Of a DNA stretch of 64,000 bases, positions 28,151-38,277 are shown in pieces. Origin of the DNA: Terriglobia bacterium (GTDB lineage: Bacteria; Acidobacteriota; Terriglobia; JAJPHL01; JAPKYU01). Every line of letters begins with the position of its first letter. The stretch's first letter is position 1. The position numbers were made by a program, and so were the translations under genes. Under the pieces are notes generated by a model, which worked only from the letters and a program-made list of their open reading frames with translations, searched no databases and was not told where the DNA came from. The stretch is taken from NCBI GenBank assembly GCA_965223005.1, contig CBDCVK010000010.1, forward strand, positions 160,001 through 224,000, in the 5' to 3' direction.

Positions 28151-28906
28151 GTGACACTACTGGAAACAATAGACTTGACCAAGAAGTTCCTTGGAGTGAC
28201 TGCTCTCGATAGAGTCAACCTTCACATCAATAAGGGTGAAATAGTTGGTCTCATTGGACCGAATGGTTCCGGAAAGACCACGCTGTTCAATTGCGTTACG
28301 GGTCTGCTGCCGGTTACGGGGGGAAGAGTCCACTTCAGGGGGGAAGACATCACCAACCTGAAGACTCATGAAATCGCCCTTAGGGGGTTGAGTAGGACGT
28401 TTCAGAGCATAAGAATATTTCCCGCAATGACGGTGATGGACAACATGCTGCTGGCGATACAACAGCATCAGGGAGAGCGGGTCCTTGCATCCATATTTCG
28501 AACTCCGCGCATCAGGCGCCTTGAAAAGGAAGCCGAGGAAAGGGCTTCCGAGTTATTAGAGCTCGTAAACATCGCTTACCTGAAGGACAACCTGGCTGGA
28601 CATCTTTCCTATGGGCAACAGAAGCTCCTGGAGTTTTCCATGGCGTTTATGCCTGACCCCGAGATCGTCTTGCTAGATGAGCCCGTAGCAGCCGTAAATC
28701 CAACGATGATCAGGAAGATGATGGATCACATCGTTCGCCTAAATAGGAAAGCGTATACATTCTGCATCATAGAACACAATATGGACGTCGTCATGGAGCT
28801 TTGCCACAGGGTAGTCGTTCTCAATTATGGAGAACAACTCGCGGAAGGGAGGCCGGAGGATATTAAGAGAAACGACGATGTTATCGAAGCTTACTTTGGG
28901 TCATAG
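28151..28906 (+). CDS. LIV-family ABC ATPase (LivG-like)
   Basis: GPNGSGKT, LSYGQQK, LLDEP, IEHNM, EAYFG. Confidence 0.93.
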   Translation: MTLLETIDLTKKFLGVTALDRVNLHINKGEIVGLIGPNGSGKTTLFNCVTGLLPVTGGRVHFRGEDITNLKTHEIALRGLSRTFQSIRIFPAMTVMDNMLLAIQQHQGERVLASIFRTPRIRRLEKEAEERASELLELVNIAYLKDNLAGHLSYGQQKLLEFSMAFMPDPEIVLLDEPVAAVNPTMIRKMMDHIVRLNRKAYTFCIIEHNMDVVMELCHRVVVLNYGEQLAEGRPEDIKRNDDVIEAYFGS

Positions 28907-28948
28907 TGCGTGTATGGCCCGTCGTGGTGACGAGATGGTGCGGAACTT

Positions 28949-29662
28949 ATGAGTGAGGTAATACTGGACATCAAGGACTATGTTGCCGGCTACGGCGAGA
29001 TTGATGTTATCAAAGGAGTTTCCGCTCAGATCCAACGACACGAGATAGCATGTGTTATAGGCCCGAATGGGGCTGGCAAGTCTACTTTGGTTAAAGGAGT
29101 CTTCGGACTCATCAAAGCCCGACGAGGCAGCGTTCTGTTTGATGGCTCGGATATTACCAATCTCAACCCTGCTGGGCTGCTGAAAAGGGGATTGTCTTAC
29201 GTCCCGCAGGGTCGATGTAATTTTCCAGCGATGACTGTCAGGGAAAACCTAGAGATGGGTGCGTTCACGCGTAACGATGAGAAGATCGAGAACGACATCC
29301 AGGAGGTGATGGATAAATTCCCGGTTCTTCGAGAAAAGAAAAATGAAATGGCTGGCAATCTCAGTGGAGGTGAGCAACAAATTCTTGAGATGGGAAGAGT
29401 CCTGTTATTACATCCACGATTGATGTTGCTCGACGAGCCGTCTTTAGGCCTGGCGCCGAAGACAACTGAAATCGTATTCGAAAAGATCCGCGAGATCAAT
29501 TCCGATGGAATCGCCGTCCTGATTGTAGAACAGAATGCAAAGAGGGCATTGGCTATTTCGCATCATGCGATCGTCCTGGAGCTGGGAAGAAAGCGTTTCG
29601 AGGGAACTGGCGAGGAGATCATGCACAATGAGGAGGTGAAGCGTCTCTACCTGGGGGGATAG
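28949..29662 (+). CDS. LIV-family ABC ATPase (LivF-like)
   Basis: GPNGAGKS, LSGGEQQ, LDEPSLGLAP, VEQNA, YLGG. Confidence 0.93.
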   Translation: MSEVILDIKDYVAGYGEIDVIKGVSAQIQRHEIACVIGPNGAGKSTLVKGVFGLIKARRGSVLFDGSDITNLNPAGLLKRGLSYVPQGRCNFPAMTVRENLEMGAFTRNDEKIENDIQEVMDKFPVLREKKNEMAGNLSGGEQQILEMGRVLLLHPRLMLLDEPSLGLAPKTTEIVFEKIREINSDGIAVLIVEQNAKRALAISHHAIVLELGRKRFEGTGEEIMHNEEVKRLYLGG

Positions 29663-29843
29663 TAGAGAGGCAGGGCGAGTAGGTCCGGATCACCTGAAAG
29701 GAACCGGGCGTTCACGGGGTGATGACGTTCCCCGGAATGCCACCCACTTGCGCCGCCCGGCATAGGCGCGCAACGATCTCCGCCTCAACCGAAAAACTGC
29801 AAGCATATACAGGTTCAGGGGATTGCCGGTGTCCGTAAACTAA

Positions 29844-29930
29844 TGGTGCCCAAGAGAGGACTCGAACCTCCACAAGCTTTCGCTCACTAGAACCTGAATC
29901 TAGCGCGTCTGCCAATTCCGCCACTTGGGC
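29844..29930 (-). tRNA. tRNA-Leu(CAG)
   Basis: GCCCAAG acceptor stem, CTAGA-TTCAGGT-TCTAG anticodon arm, long variable arm, GGTTCGAGTCC, CCA. Confidence 0.96.
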
Positions 29931-30043
29931 ACAGGGAACTATCTACTTGGCGGAAGATCCTATATGATTTTTTCACGTGAGCACCGCGCTGTCAACTTCC
30001 CCAGGCGGGCAGTCAGGAGTAGGAGGCTTAAGGAGCCACGATC

Positions 30044-30250
30044 ATGAGAAGTGGATGGCTACTCCTAGTCTTGATTATTGCGACAACAGTCGCAGCTTGG
30101 ATAACTACTTCTGTGGCGCGGCGGAGGATGAGACGAGCCCTCGGGAGGAATGTGAGAGACGCTGAGATCACCTCGATCGCTACCTGGATGAAGGTGGATG
30201 AAGCAGAGCGACGTGGCCAGGGGAACAAGGGTGATGCTCAACTCGCCTAG
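30044..30250 (+). CDS. Small single-TM hypothetical protein
   Basis: AGGAG RBS, hydrophobic N-terminus followed by a basic patch. Confidence 0.6.
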   Translation: MRSGWLLLVLIIATTVAAWITTSVARRRMRRALGRNVRDAEITSIATWMKVDEAERRGQGNKGDAQLA

Positions 30251-30254
30251 AGAA

Positions 30255-30377
30255 ATGAGCCGGGAGGGCTTTGAGGACGATCGGTCTGGGCTTGGTCGAA
30301 TCATCCGGAAGGCGAAGCGTGCAGTTGAGGAGACAGCCGACAAAATTGAAGCCGTAGCCGACGACGCGAGCGAATGA
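30255..30377 (+). CDS. Putative 40-aa small protein
   Basis: MSREGFEDDRSGLGRIIRKAKRAVEETADKIEAVADDASE; ATGA overlap with the next gene. Confidence 0.4.
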   Translation: MSREGFEDDRSGLGRIIRKAKRAVEETADKIEAVADDASE

Positions 30378-31876
30378 TAATGGTTCCACTCCTCTTTGCG
30401 CTCATGACGGGCGCGCTCATGACGGGCGAAGCACTGCCGAGCCGCTACGACATAGTCATCAAGGATGGACGCGTGATGGACCCAGAGACTGGCCTAGATG
30501 CAGTCCGCCATGTTGGCATCATCGGCGATCGAATCGTGCGGATTTCGAGCCTGCCGCTGGAAGGAGAAAAGATTATTGATGCCACCGGCCTAATCGTAGC
30601 TCCAGGCTTTGTCGACCTTCACCAGCACGGGCACGATTCCGACAGCTACCGTCTGAAGGCGCTTGACGGGGTGACGACCGCACTTGAGATGGAGATCGGA
30701 GTTCCAGACGTGGCGATGTTTCTCCAGGAACGGCGAGGACGAGCACCCATCAACTATGGGTCCACCGCCAGTCACTCGGCGGCTCGGGCAGCGGTCTTTG
30801 GCGTCCCGTTGCCGGCGGCTCGGGCAGCGGCCGTTGGCGTCCGGTTGCCGGCCGGTGGACTCGTCCCGCAATCCGGTTCCGCGACGAATGAGCCAGCAAC
30901 CTCAGAGCAACTGGAGCGCATGGGAGCTTTACTCCGGGCTGAGCTCGATGCCGGGGCATTGGGCATCGGCATGGGGATCCAGTATGTCCCTGGCGCAACC
31001 CGATTTGAAGTGATCGAGATCTTCCGGATTGCCGCCGAGCGGAGTGTGTCCGTCTACGCGCATGTTCGAAGTACTGGCAGATTGGAGCCTGGCTCCAGCA
31101 TTGAAGCCGTTGGCGAAGTGATCGCGGCCGCTGCCGTCAGCGGGGCATCTCTGCACATCGTGCATCTCAATAGCAGTTGTTTGAAAGATGCGGTCCCATG
31201 CCTCCGGCTGATTGAAGGCGCCCGGGCCCGAGGGCTTGACGTGACCACGGAAGGCTATCCTTATAGAGCAGGGATGACAGTCATCAATTCAGCCCTGTTC
31301 AACCCTGGCTGGCGTGAAAAGTTTGGAATCGATTACAAGGATCTCCGGCTGCCCGACACGGGTGAACCATTGACTAAGGAAAGCTTCGAGCGCCTCCACG
31401 CCTCGCCCGAACCGCGAACGGTCCTTATCCTTCTGAATCCTGACACGATTGTTGACACGGTCATCTTGCATCCGTTGGTCATGGTCGCGAGCGACGGGCT
31501 TACGGATCATCCCCGCAATGCCGGAACCTATGCCCGCGTCATTGCACGCTATGTGCGGTCGCAGCAGAGGCTGACCCTGATGAATGCAATTCGGAAAATG
31601 TCACTGATGCCGGCCATGAGGCTCGAGCGCGCAACGTCGGCGGCACGGAAGAAGGGTCGTCTCCAGGAAGGCGCGGACGCTGATATTGTCATCTTCGATC
31701 CAGAGACAATTGCCGACCGCGCTACCTACGAGTCACCCAGCGAACCAAGCGTGGGCGTGAAGTACCTTCTAGTCGCAGGAAAAATAGTAGTGGATCGCGG
31801 GAAGATCCTCCCGAACGTATTGCCAGGGCGGGCCCTCGTAAACGAACGTCATGATCCAGCTTCAACCCAACGGTAA
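30374..31876 (+). CDS. N-acyl-D-amino-acid deacylase-like amidohydrolase
   Basis: DIVIKDGRVMDP, APGFVDLHQH, ASDG..HPRNAGT, GADADIVIFDP. Confidence 0.88.
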   Translation: MIMVPLLFALMTGALMTGEALPSRYDIVIKDGRVMDPETGLDAVRHVGIIGDRIVRISSLPLEGEKIIDATGLIVAPGFVDLHQHGHDSDSYRLKALDGVTTALEMEIGVPDVAMFLQERRGRAPINYGSTASHSAARAAVFGVPLPAARAAAVGVRLPAGGLVPQSGSATNEPATSEQLERMGALLRAELDAGALGIGMGIQYVPGATRFEVIEIFRIAAERSVSVYAHVRSTGRLEPGSSIEAVGEVIAAAAVSGASLHIVHLNSSCLKDAVPCLRLIEGARARGLDVTTEGYPYRAGMTVINSALFNPGWREKFGIDYKDLRLPDTGEPLTKESFERLHASPEPRTVLILLNPDTIVDTVILHPLVMVASDGLTDHPRNAGTYARVIARYVRSQQRLTLMNAIRKMSLMPAMRLERATSAARKKGRLQEGADADIVIFDPETIADRATYESPSEPSVGVKYLLVAGKIVVDRGKILPNVLPGRALVNERHDPASTQR

Positions 31877-31990
31877 GGATTTCTCCAGCGACTAGGTCGG
31901 CTGGACTCCCGTCGGCGCTTGATTCGACTTTCAAATCTTGAAACGGAGCTACAATAGCTGCACAGTGCAGGACGGAAGGAGGAAGCTAGA

Positions 31991-33229
31991 ATGTTCCGCG
32001 ATCACGGTTCCCGGAGGCTGTTCCTGGCCTCTTCGTTATCCATTGTGGCGGCGCCCGCAGCGGTGGCCCGCAGAAGCCCCCAGCCAGGCTTGCGCGCACG
32101 GGAGGCCCGGGGAGCTATGGAAGCAGGCAAGCTGAGTAAGCACGACCTGGCCACCCCGGCCCTGCTGCTGGACCTGAACGCCTTCGAGCAGAACGTGGCC
32201 CGGATGGCCGCCCACCTGAAGGGTGCCAAACGAGCGATTCGCCCGCACGCCAAGACTCATAAATGCCCCGAGATCGCGAAGGCGCAGATCGCCTCCGGAG
32301 CAGCAGGCATCTGTGCGGCTACGTTACACGAGGCGGAAGTGATGGCGGCTCACGGAATCCCGGGCCTGCTGATTACCGGAGAGCTAGTGGGCAAGCCTAA
32401 GCTGAAGCGGCTCATGAAACTGGCTTCCGCCCATCGCGACCTGATGGTCATAGTGGACAGCACCGCTGGTGCGCGCGAGCTTTCTGAAGCTGCCTCGGCC
32501 GCCCGCGTGGACCTGAACGTGTTGCTCGACCTGAATGTGGCTGGGCGCACCGGCGTGCCCCCGGGTCCGCCTGCGGTTGAGCTGGCAAAAGAAATCGCGC
32601 GCCTGCCCCGGCTGAAGCTGCGCGGCATCCAGGCATACGCTGGCCAGGCGTCCCACACCATCGGGTTTGACAGCCGTCGCGAGGTTTCCCTGGCGGCGAT
32701 GGCTCCGGCGGTGGAGACGCGCCACCTCTTGGAGAAGGCCGGCTTTGAAGTGCCACTGCTGAGCGGCGGCAGCACCGGCACCTACAACATTGATTCATCC
32801 ATGGAGGGCGTCACCGAACTGCAGCCCGGCTCCTACGTCTTCATGGACGTGGACTACCGCCTCATCGGCGGCCAGAGCGGCGAGGTGTACGCGGACTTCG
32901 CGCCCTCGCTAACGGTGGTGGCTACTGTCATCAGCCGCCCCTCGCCAAACGTCGCCATCCTGGATGCGGGCTTAAAAGCCTTCTCCACCGACCGCAGCTT
33001 CGGGCCGGAGTGCGTCAGCCTGCAGGGAGTCAAGTACACCTGGGCCGGAGACGAGCACGGGCGCCTCGACTTCAACGCGGCCGAGCGCGAAGTGCGCCTG
33101 GGCGACCGGCTGGAGTTTCTCATCCCCCACTGCGACCCCAGCATCAATCTCTACGACCATCTCTATGCGATCCGCAAGGAACGGGTCGAGGCGGTTTGGC
33201 CAATTGCCGCCCGCGGCTACCGAGCGTAG
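31991..33229 (+). CDS. DSD1 / D-threonine aldolase family PLP enzyme
   Basis: TPALLLD, RPHAKTHKC, SGGSTGT, ELQPGSYVFMD, DEHG, PHCDP; possible Tat signal SRRLFL; alternative ATG at 32118. Confidence 0.9.
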   Translation: MFRDHGSRRLFLASSLSIVAAPAAVARRSPQPGLRAREARGAMEAGKLSKHDLATPALLLDLNAFEQNVARMAAHLKGAKRAIRPHAKTHKCPEIAKAQIASGAAGICAATLHEAEVMAAHGIPGLLITGELVGKPKLKRLMKLASAHRDLMVIVDSTAGARELSEAASAARVDLNVLLDLNVAGRTGVPPGPPAVELAKEIARLPRLKLRGIQAYAGQASHTIGFDSRREVSLAAMAPAVETRHLLEKAGFEVPLLSGGSTGTYNIDSSMEGVTELQPGSYVFMDVDYRLIGGQSGEVYADFAPSLTVVATVISRPSPNVAILDAGLKAFSTDRSFGPECVSLQGVKYTWAGDEHGRLDFNAAEREVRLGDRLEFLIPHCDPSINLYDHLYAIRKERVEAVWPIAARGYRA

Positions 33230-33410
33230 GTGCTCCCTCGAACCAATCCCCTAACGGCTCTCTTTACAGCGGGCCGGCTTTTCAATAGCATAGGTTTCCT
33301 CACCTGTTCCGGGGCTCCGGGGTATTCACTGGAGCCGTTATGCTAGCGCTGGGCCGATGGTTACCAAGCCGCCGGTCCGACGGAGCACAGATTCAAAAAG
33401 GCAATAGAGG

Positions 33411-34451
33411 ATGATTCAAGCGGAAGGACTGTCGAAGCGCTTCGGTCGTACCCTGGCGGTGGACAACATTAGCTTTGAGGCAGGCCGCGGCGAAATCCTG
33501 GGCTTCCTGGGTCCCAACGGTGCGGGCAAGACCACCACCATGCGCGTGCTCACTTGTTTCTTGCCGCCCAGCAGCGGCAACGCGCGCGTCGCCGACTTTG
33601 ACGTGCTGGCGCAACCTCTGGAAGTCAAGCGCCGTATCGGCTACCTGCCGGAGCTGCCGCCCCTGTATCCGGAGATGAGCGTCACTGAGTACCTGACGTT
33701 TGTGGGTCGCATCAAGGGAGTGCCGCGGCAAGCTCTGGCAGGGCGCCTGGACGACGTGGTCGAGAAATGCGCCCTGGGCGAGGTTCGCAAGACTTTGATT
33801 GGGAAACTCTCCCGGGGCTTCCGACAGCGCGTCGGGCTGGCTCAGGCGCTGATTCACCAGCCCGCGGTTCTGGTGCTGGACGAGCCGACTGCCGGGCTCG
33901 ACCCGAAGCAGATTATTGAGACCCGGGAGTTGATCAGGAGTCTGGGGGGTGAGCACACCGTCATTCTCAGCACCCACATCCTGTCGGAGGTGTCGGCCAT
34001 CTGCCAGCGCATCATCATCATTAACGCTGGAAAGCTGGTGGCAGTGGATACTCCGGAAAACCTGACTGCTAGGCTGCAAGGCCACGAGAGGCTGTGCCTG
34101 CAGGTGGAAGGTCCGGCCGCGCACGTTCGTGAGCGGCTCGAGCAGCTTACAGGAGTCATCCAGTTGAAGCCACACGGGCGGTCGGACCATCGTCCGGCCT
34201 TCGAAATCGAGGTCGCCAGGGGCCAGGAACTTCGCGGTGAGCTGGCCCGCGCCGTGGTCCAGAGCGGCTGGAACCTGCTGGAACTCCGCCCCCTGGGGCT
34301 GAGCCTGGAGGAAGTCTTCCTGGAGCTGACCCGCTCGGAGACGCCTGTCCAAAGTGAAGGAAAAACCGAGGCCGCTGCGGAGACTGATCTTCCGGCACCG
34401 GCGTCGGAACCGGAAGAGCAAGAAGAAACGGGCGAGGAGGCAGGGAAGTGA
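33411..34451 (+). CDS. ABC ATP-binding protein (GldA-like)
   Basis: GPNGAGKTT, LSRGFRQR, LDEPTAGLDP, STHILSEV. Confidence 0.92.
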   Translation: MIQAEGLSKRFGRTLAVDNISFEAGRGEILGFLGPNGAGKTTTMRVLTCFLPPSSGNARVADFDVLAQPLEVKRRIGYLPELPPLYPEMSVTEYLTFVGRIKGVPRQALAGRLDDVVEKCALGEVRKTLIGKLSRGFRQRVGLAQALIHQPAVLVLDEPTAGLDPKQIIETRELIRSLGGEHTVILSTHILSEVSAICQRIIIINAGKLVAVDTPENLTARLQGHERLCLQVEGPAAHVRERLEQLTGVIQLKPHGRSDHRPAFEIEVARGQELRGELARAVVQSGWNLLELRPLGLSLEEVFLELTRSETPVQSEGKTEAAAETDLPAPASEPEEQEETGEEAGK

Positions 34452-35215
34452 GGAACATCCTGACGATTGCGCGCAGGGAGCTGAAGACCTACTTCACCTC
34501 TCCAATCGCGTACATCGTGCTGGCTATCAGCGCGGTGATCTTTGGCTTCTTCTTTTACAGCGCACTGGCCTTCTTCGTGCAGCGCGGGATGCAGTCGCAA
34601 ATGATGGGGCGCGGTGTCCCGATGAACGTCAATGAGTTCGTCATCCGGCCCCTGCTGATGAACCTGAGTGTTATCAGCTTGTTCCTGTTGCCGATGATCA
34701 CCATGCGACTCTACGCCGAAGAAAAGCGCAGCGGCACCATCGAGCTGCTGCTCACCTCGCCGGTGCGAGACCTGGAGTTGATCCTGGGCAAGTTACTGGC
34801 CGCCTTCGTCCTTTACGCCGCCATCATGGGCCTGGTCCTGGCGAACCTGGCCGTGGTGTTTATTCGTGGTGATGCCGACTGGAAACCGGTGGCGGCCGGT
34901 TTCCTGGGGGTAGGGCTGATGGGGGCCGCGTTCCTCTCGCTCGGCATGCTGCTTTCCACCTTCACTCGCAACCAGATCGTGGCCGGCGCGCTGACCTTCG
35001 GCCTCTTCCTGATGCTCTGGGTCCTCGACTGGGTCAGCGCCTATTCCAGCAGCACGGTGGGCCAGGTGGCCAGCTACATCTCGATGACCACACACTTGGA
35101 GAATTTTGCCAAAGGCGTGATTGACCTGCGCGACGTGGTCTATTACCTGAGCGTGATCTTCCTGGGGGTCTTCCTGACCCAGCGTTCTCTGGAATCCCTG
35201 CGGTGGAGGGGCTAA
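34448..35215 (+). CDS. ABC-2 permease (GldF-like)
   Basis: RELKTYFTSPIAY, TMRLYAEEKRSGTIELLLTSP. Confidence 0.9.
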   Translation: MRNILTIARRELKTYFTSPIAYIVLAISAVIFGFFFYSALAFFVQRGMQSQMMGRGVPMNVNEFVIRPLLMNLSVISLFLLPMITMRLYAEEKRSGTIELLLTSPVRDLELILGKLLAAFVLYAAIMGLVLANLAVVFIRGDADWKPVAAGFLGVGLMGAAFLSLGMLLSTFTRNQIVAGALTFGLFLMLWVLDWVSAYSSSTVGQVASYISMTTHLENFAKGVIDLRDVVYYLSVIFLGVFLTQRSLESLRWRG

Positions 35216-35219
35216 GGCT

Positions 35220-36629
35220 ATGAGACCGAGCTTTTCCTGGCTCCGGAAACGGCAAACCAAATACGGCGCCTACACGGCGGCCTACGTGCTGGTGGTGTTG
35301 GCGCTGGTTGTGCTGGCCAATTGGGCCGTCAACCGCCACGCCAGCAAGAGTTGGGACCTGACCTCGACCAAACGCTACAGCCTCTCGGACCAGACGCGCA
35401 AGATCGTCGGCGGCCTGGACCGCGAAGTGACGATTCATTACTTCGACCGCAACGACCAGTTCAACCAAGCCCGTGACCTGCTGGAGAACTACAACCACCT
35501 CTCGCCGCAACTTTCGGTCGAGTACGTGGACCCGGACCGCAAGCCGGCGATCGCCAGGCAATACGAGATCACAACCTACGGGACCATCGTTCTCACCTCG
35601 GGCGACAAGCGCGAGGAAGCCAACCTGCTGGAAGAGGAGAGCATCACCAACACCCTGATCCGGCTGCTGAAAACAGGTACCAAGAATGTCTGCTTCGTCG
35701 AAGGGCACGGCGAGCACGGAGTAGACGACACGGAGCGGCGAGGCTTCAGCGGGGCCAAGGAGGCCCTGGAGAACTCCCGCTATGCCGTCAAGTCCATCTC
35801 GTTGTTTCGCCAGCCAAAGATACCCGAGGACTGCTCGGTGGTGATTGTGGCCGGACCGGAAACGGAGTACGTGCAACCCGAGGTCGAGGCGCTGCGTAGC
35901 TTTGTCGAGAATGGAGGGCGCGCGCTGTTCATGCTGGGTCCCGGCGGTTCGGAGAAGCTGGTGGAATTGCTGGCCGGCTGGAACGTGGAGCTGAAGAAAG
36001 ACCTGGTGATTGACATGAACCCGCTGAATCAGCTCTTCGGCGCCGACGCCACCATGCCCATCATCAGCGAGTACAGGTCGCACGCCATCACCCGCGAGCT
36101 GAGCCGCACGGCAACGCTCATTCCGTTTGCCCGCAGCGTGCAAGCCGGCCAAGACTCCCAGACTGGGGTTACGGTCGAGACCCTGTTTGAAACTTCAGAA
36201 GAAAGCTGGGCCACCCCGTTCAATCCGGGAATGGAAACGATCACCTTAGAGCGCGAGCAGGCAACCGAGGGTCCGATTCCTCTGGCGGTGGCCGGAACGC
36301 TGAGCAAGGACGGGGGCAATGGGGGAACTGCCGAAGGCGAGGATAGCAGCGAGAAAAAGGAAGGGCGCTTTGTGGTCGTCGGCAGCTCGCGCTTTCCGGC
36401 CAACGCTTACCTGGGGTTCAACGCCAACCGCGACCTGTTCGTCAACATCGCCAACTGGCTTTCCTCCGACGAAGACCTGATCTCGGTGCGGCCTAAGTCA
36501 CCGGAAGATCGCCGGGTCAACCTGTCTGCAGGCCAGATGCGCTGGGTCTTCTACCTGAGCGTGGTGGGGCTGCCGCTGCTGATGGTAGCCAGCGGCGTGG
36601 CGGTGTGGTGGAGGCGCAGGTACTCGTGA
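35220..36629 (+). CDS. GldG-like ABC auxiliary component
   Basis: DLTSTKRYSLS, VDP, GHGE, IVAGP, NRDLFVNIANWL, C-terminal TM. Confidence 0.88.
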   Translation: MRPSFSWLRKRQTKYGAYTAAYVLVVLALVVLANWAVNRHASKSWDLTSTKRYSLSDQTRKIVGGLDREVTIHYFDRNDQFNQARDLLENYNHLSPQLSVEYVDPDRKPAIARQYEITTYGTIVLTSGDKREEANLLEEESITNTLIRLLKTGTKNVCFVEGHGEHGVDDTERRGFSGAKEALENSRYAVKSISLFRQPKIPEDCSVVIVAGPETEYVQPEVEALRSFVENGGRALFMLGPGGSEKLVELLAGWNVELKKDLVIDMNPLNQLFGADATMPIISEYRSHAITRELSRTATLIPFARSVQAGQDSQTGVTVETLFETSEESWATPFNPGMETITLEREQATEGPIPLAVAGTLSKDGGNGGTAEGEDSSEKKEGRFVVVGSSRFPANAYLGFNANRDLFVNIANWLSSDEDLISVRPKSPEDRRVNLSAGQMRWVFYLSVVGLPLLMVASGVAVWWRRRYS

Positions 36630-37951
36630 ACCTGCGGGGCCTGATCATCGCGACCGTCCTGCTGGCCGGCCTGGCGGGGAGCCTCTATTTCCTCGATCGT
36701 GGCGAGGACGGCGACGAGGGTTCCGAAGAAGACAAGCTGTTTGCCGTCAACTCCGAAGAGATCCAGCAAATCACGCTCCGGCCTGCCGGCGGGGAGGTTT
36801 TAGAGCTCCAGCGGGACGGTGAGACGTGGAAGATTGTCGAACCCCGGGAGGTCGTGGCAGACGATTCCGTCGTCTCCGGCTTGCTCGGGACTCTCAGTGG
36901 GCTTGAGGCCAGCGACACCATCGAGGAGCAGCCGGTGTCGCTGGAGGATTACGGCCTGGAAGCGCCCCAGGTGACGGTGGAGTTCCTCACCAAGCCGGGC
37001 GGCACGCAAACGCTTCTGCTGGGCGACAACACGCCGACCGGCGGCTCCGTCTACGCCAAGACCAAGGACCAGCCGCGGGTCGTGACGGTGCCCAGCAACG
37101 TCAGGAACGACTTCAGCAAGACCCTGTTCGACCTGCGCGAAAAGAATGTACTGAAATTTGACACTACCAGCGCCAGCCACGCCTGGCTCCGGAACAAGTC
37201 CGGCAAGCTTGAGCTGGCCAAGGTGAGGGGAAATTGGCGATTGATGGCCCCGGTGGAGGCCCGCGCCGACCAGTTCGCCGCCAATGACCTCCTGCGCCAA
37301 GTGGCCGACGCCAAGATGCAGGCGGTGGAGGCTGAGGATGGAACGAGCAAGCAGCGCCGGTTCGGACTGGCCTCACCGGAGATCATTTTCCGCGTGCAGG
37401 ACTCGAGCGGCGAGCACGAACTGCACGTGAGCGGGGAGAAATCGGGCACACGCTACGCCCGCAGCCCTGGCCGCGCCACCCTGTTCACAGTGGAATCCCG
37501 TCTGGCCACCCAATTGGCAAAGGATTATTCGGAGCTGCGTAATAAGGACGTCTTCGATATGGACACCTGGAGCGTGTCCCACCTGGAAGCCACCACCCCG
37601 GAAGGCCGCTTGGTGTTGGACAAAGAGGACGAGCAGTGGAAGGGTAGCGGCTCCAACAAAGCGCCCGAAGCATCTGACGTTACTGACCTGCTCAGTAAAT
37701 TGAAGGCACTGCAGGCTACGTCGTTCCTGGGGGCAGCTGGCCTGGGGGCAGCCGGGCCAGCCAGCTATGGCCTGGACCAACCGGTGCTGCGCGTCCACGC
37801 CGTCTGGGCGGACAAGAGACTGGAAGAGACGGTCGAAGTGGGCCAGGCCGGTGACAAAGCCTACGCCCGCCGCGAGGAGGAACCGGCGATCTACGAAGTG
37901 GAGGCCGAGGCCCTGAAATCCGCCCGCGAAGCCGTGAACAAGCTGAAGTAG
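36626..37951 (+). CDS. DUF4340-type protein
   Basis: Three repeats containing YGL..P/FGL..P; follows gldG-like gene with GTGA overlap. Confidence 0.8.
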   Translation: MNLRGLIIATVLLAGLAGSLYFLDRGEDGDEGSEEDKLFAVNSEEIQQITLRPAGGEVLELQRDGETWKIVEPREVVADDSVVSGLLGTLSGLEASDTIEEQPVSLEDYGLEAPQVTVEFLTKPGGTQTLLLGDNTPTGGSVYAKTKDQPRVVTVPSNVRNDFSKTLFDLREKNVLKFDTTSASHAWLRNKSGKLELAKVRGNWRLMAPVEARADQFAANDLLRQVADAKMQAVEAEDGTSKQRRFGLASPEIIFRVQDSSGEHELHVSGEKSGTRYARSPGRATLFTVESRLATQLAKDYSELRNKDVFDMDTWSVSHLEATTPEGRLVLDKEDEQWKGSGSNKAPEASDVTDLLSKLKALQATSFLGAAGLGAAGPASYGLDQPVLRVHAVWADKRLEETVEVGQAGDKAYARREEEPAIYEVEAEALKSAREAVNKLK

Positions 37952-37998
37952 CAAGTGCCAGGTGTCCGCAGACTGAGACCTGACACCCGAAAGCTGTT

Positions 37999-38268
37999 AT
38001 GTTGGCACGCCTTTACCGCGTGCACGGAAGCGTGCAAGGCGTCGGGTTCCGCTGGTTTGTCGAGCGGGCGGCCGATCAGCTGGCCCTGCCCGGCTACGTC
38101 AAGAACCTCTACGACGGGACGGTGGAAGTGTACGCTATCGGCAGCGAAGAGCAGCTCGGCGAGCTGCGGCAACATCTGGAACGCGGCCCCCGGGGCGCGC
38201 GCGTGACCCGGGTGGAGGAAAACCCGGCGCCATTGCGCCCTTATCGCAATTTTCGCATTGAATTCTAA
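37999..38268 (+). CDS. acyP: Acylphosphatase
   Basis: VHGSVQGVGFR, GYVKNLYDGTVEV. Confidence 0.95.
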   Translation: MLARLYRVHGSVQGVGFRWFVERAADQLALPGYVKNLYDGTVEVYAIGSEEQLGELRQHLERGPRGARVTRVEENPAPLRPYRNFRIEF

Positions 38269-38277
38269 GGAGACAGC

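Noticed and set aside
33249-33343. CCCTAAC...GTTATGC with a 9-bp inverted repeat, attC-like
   Set aside because: The outer boxes do not pair fully and no L boxes are visible.
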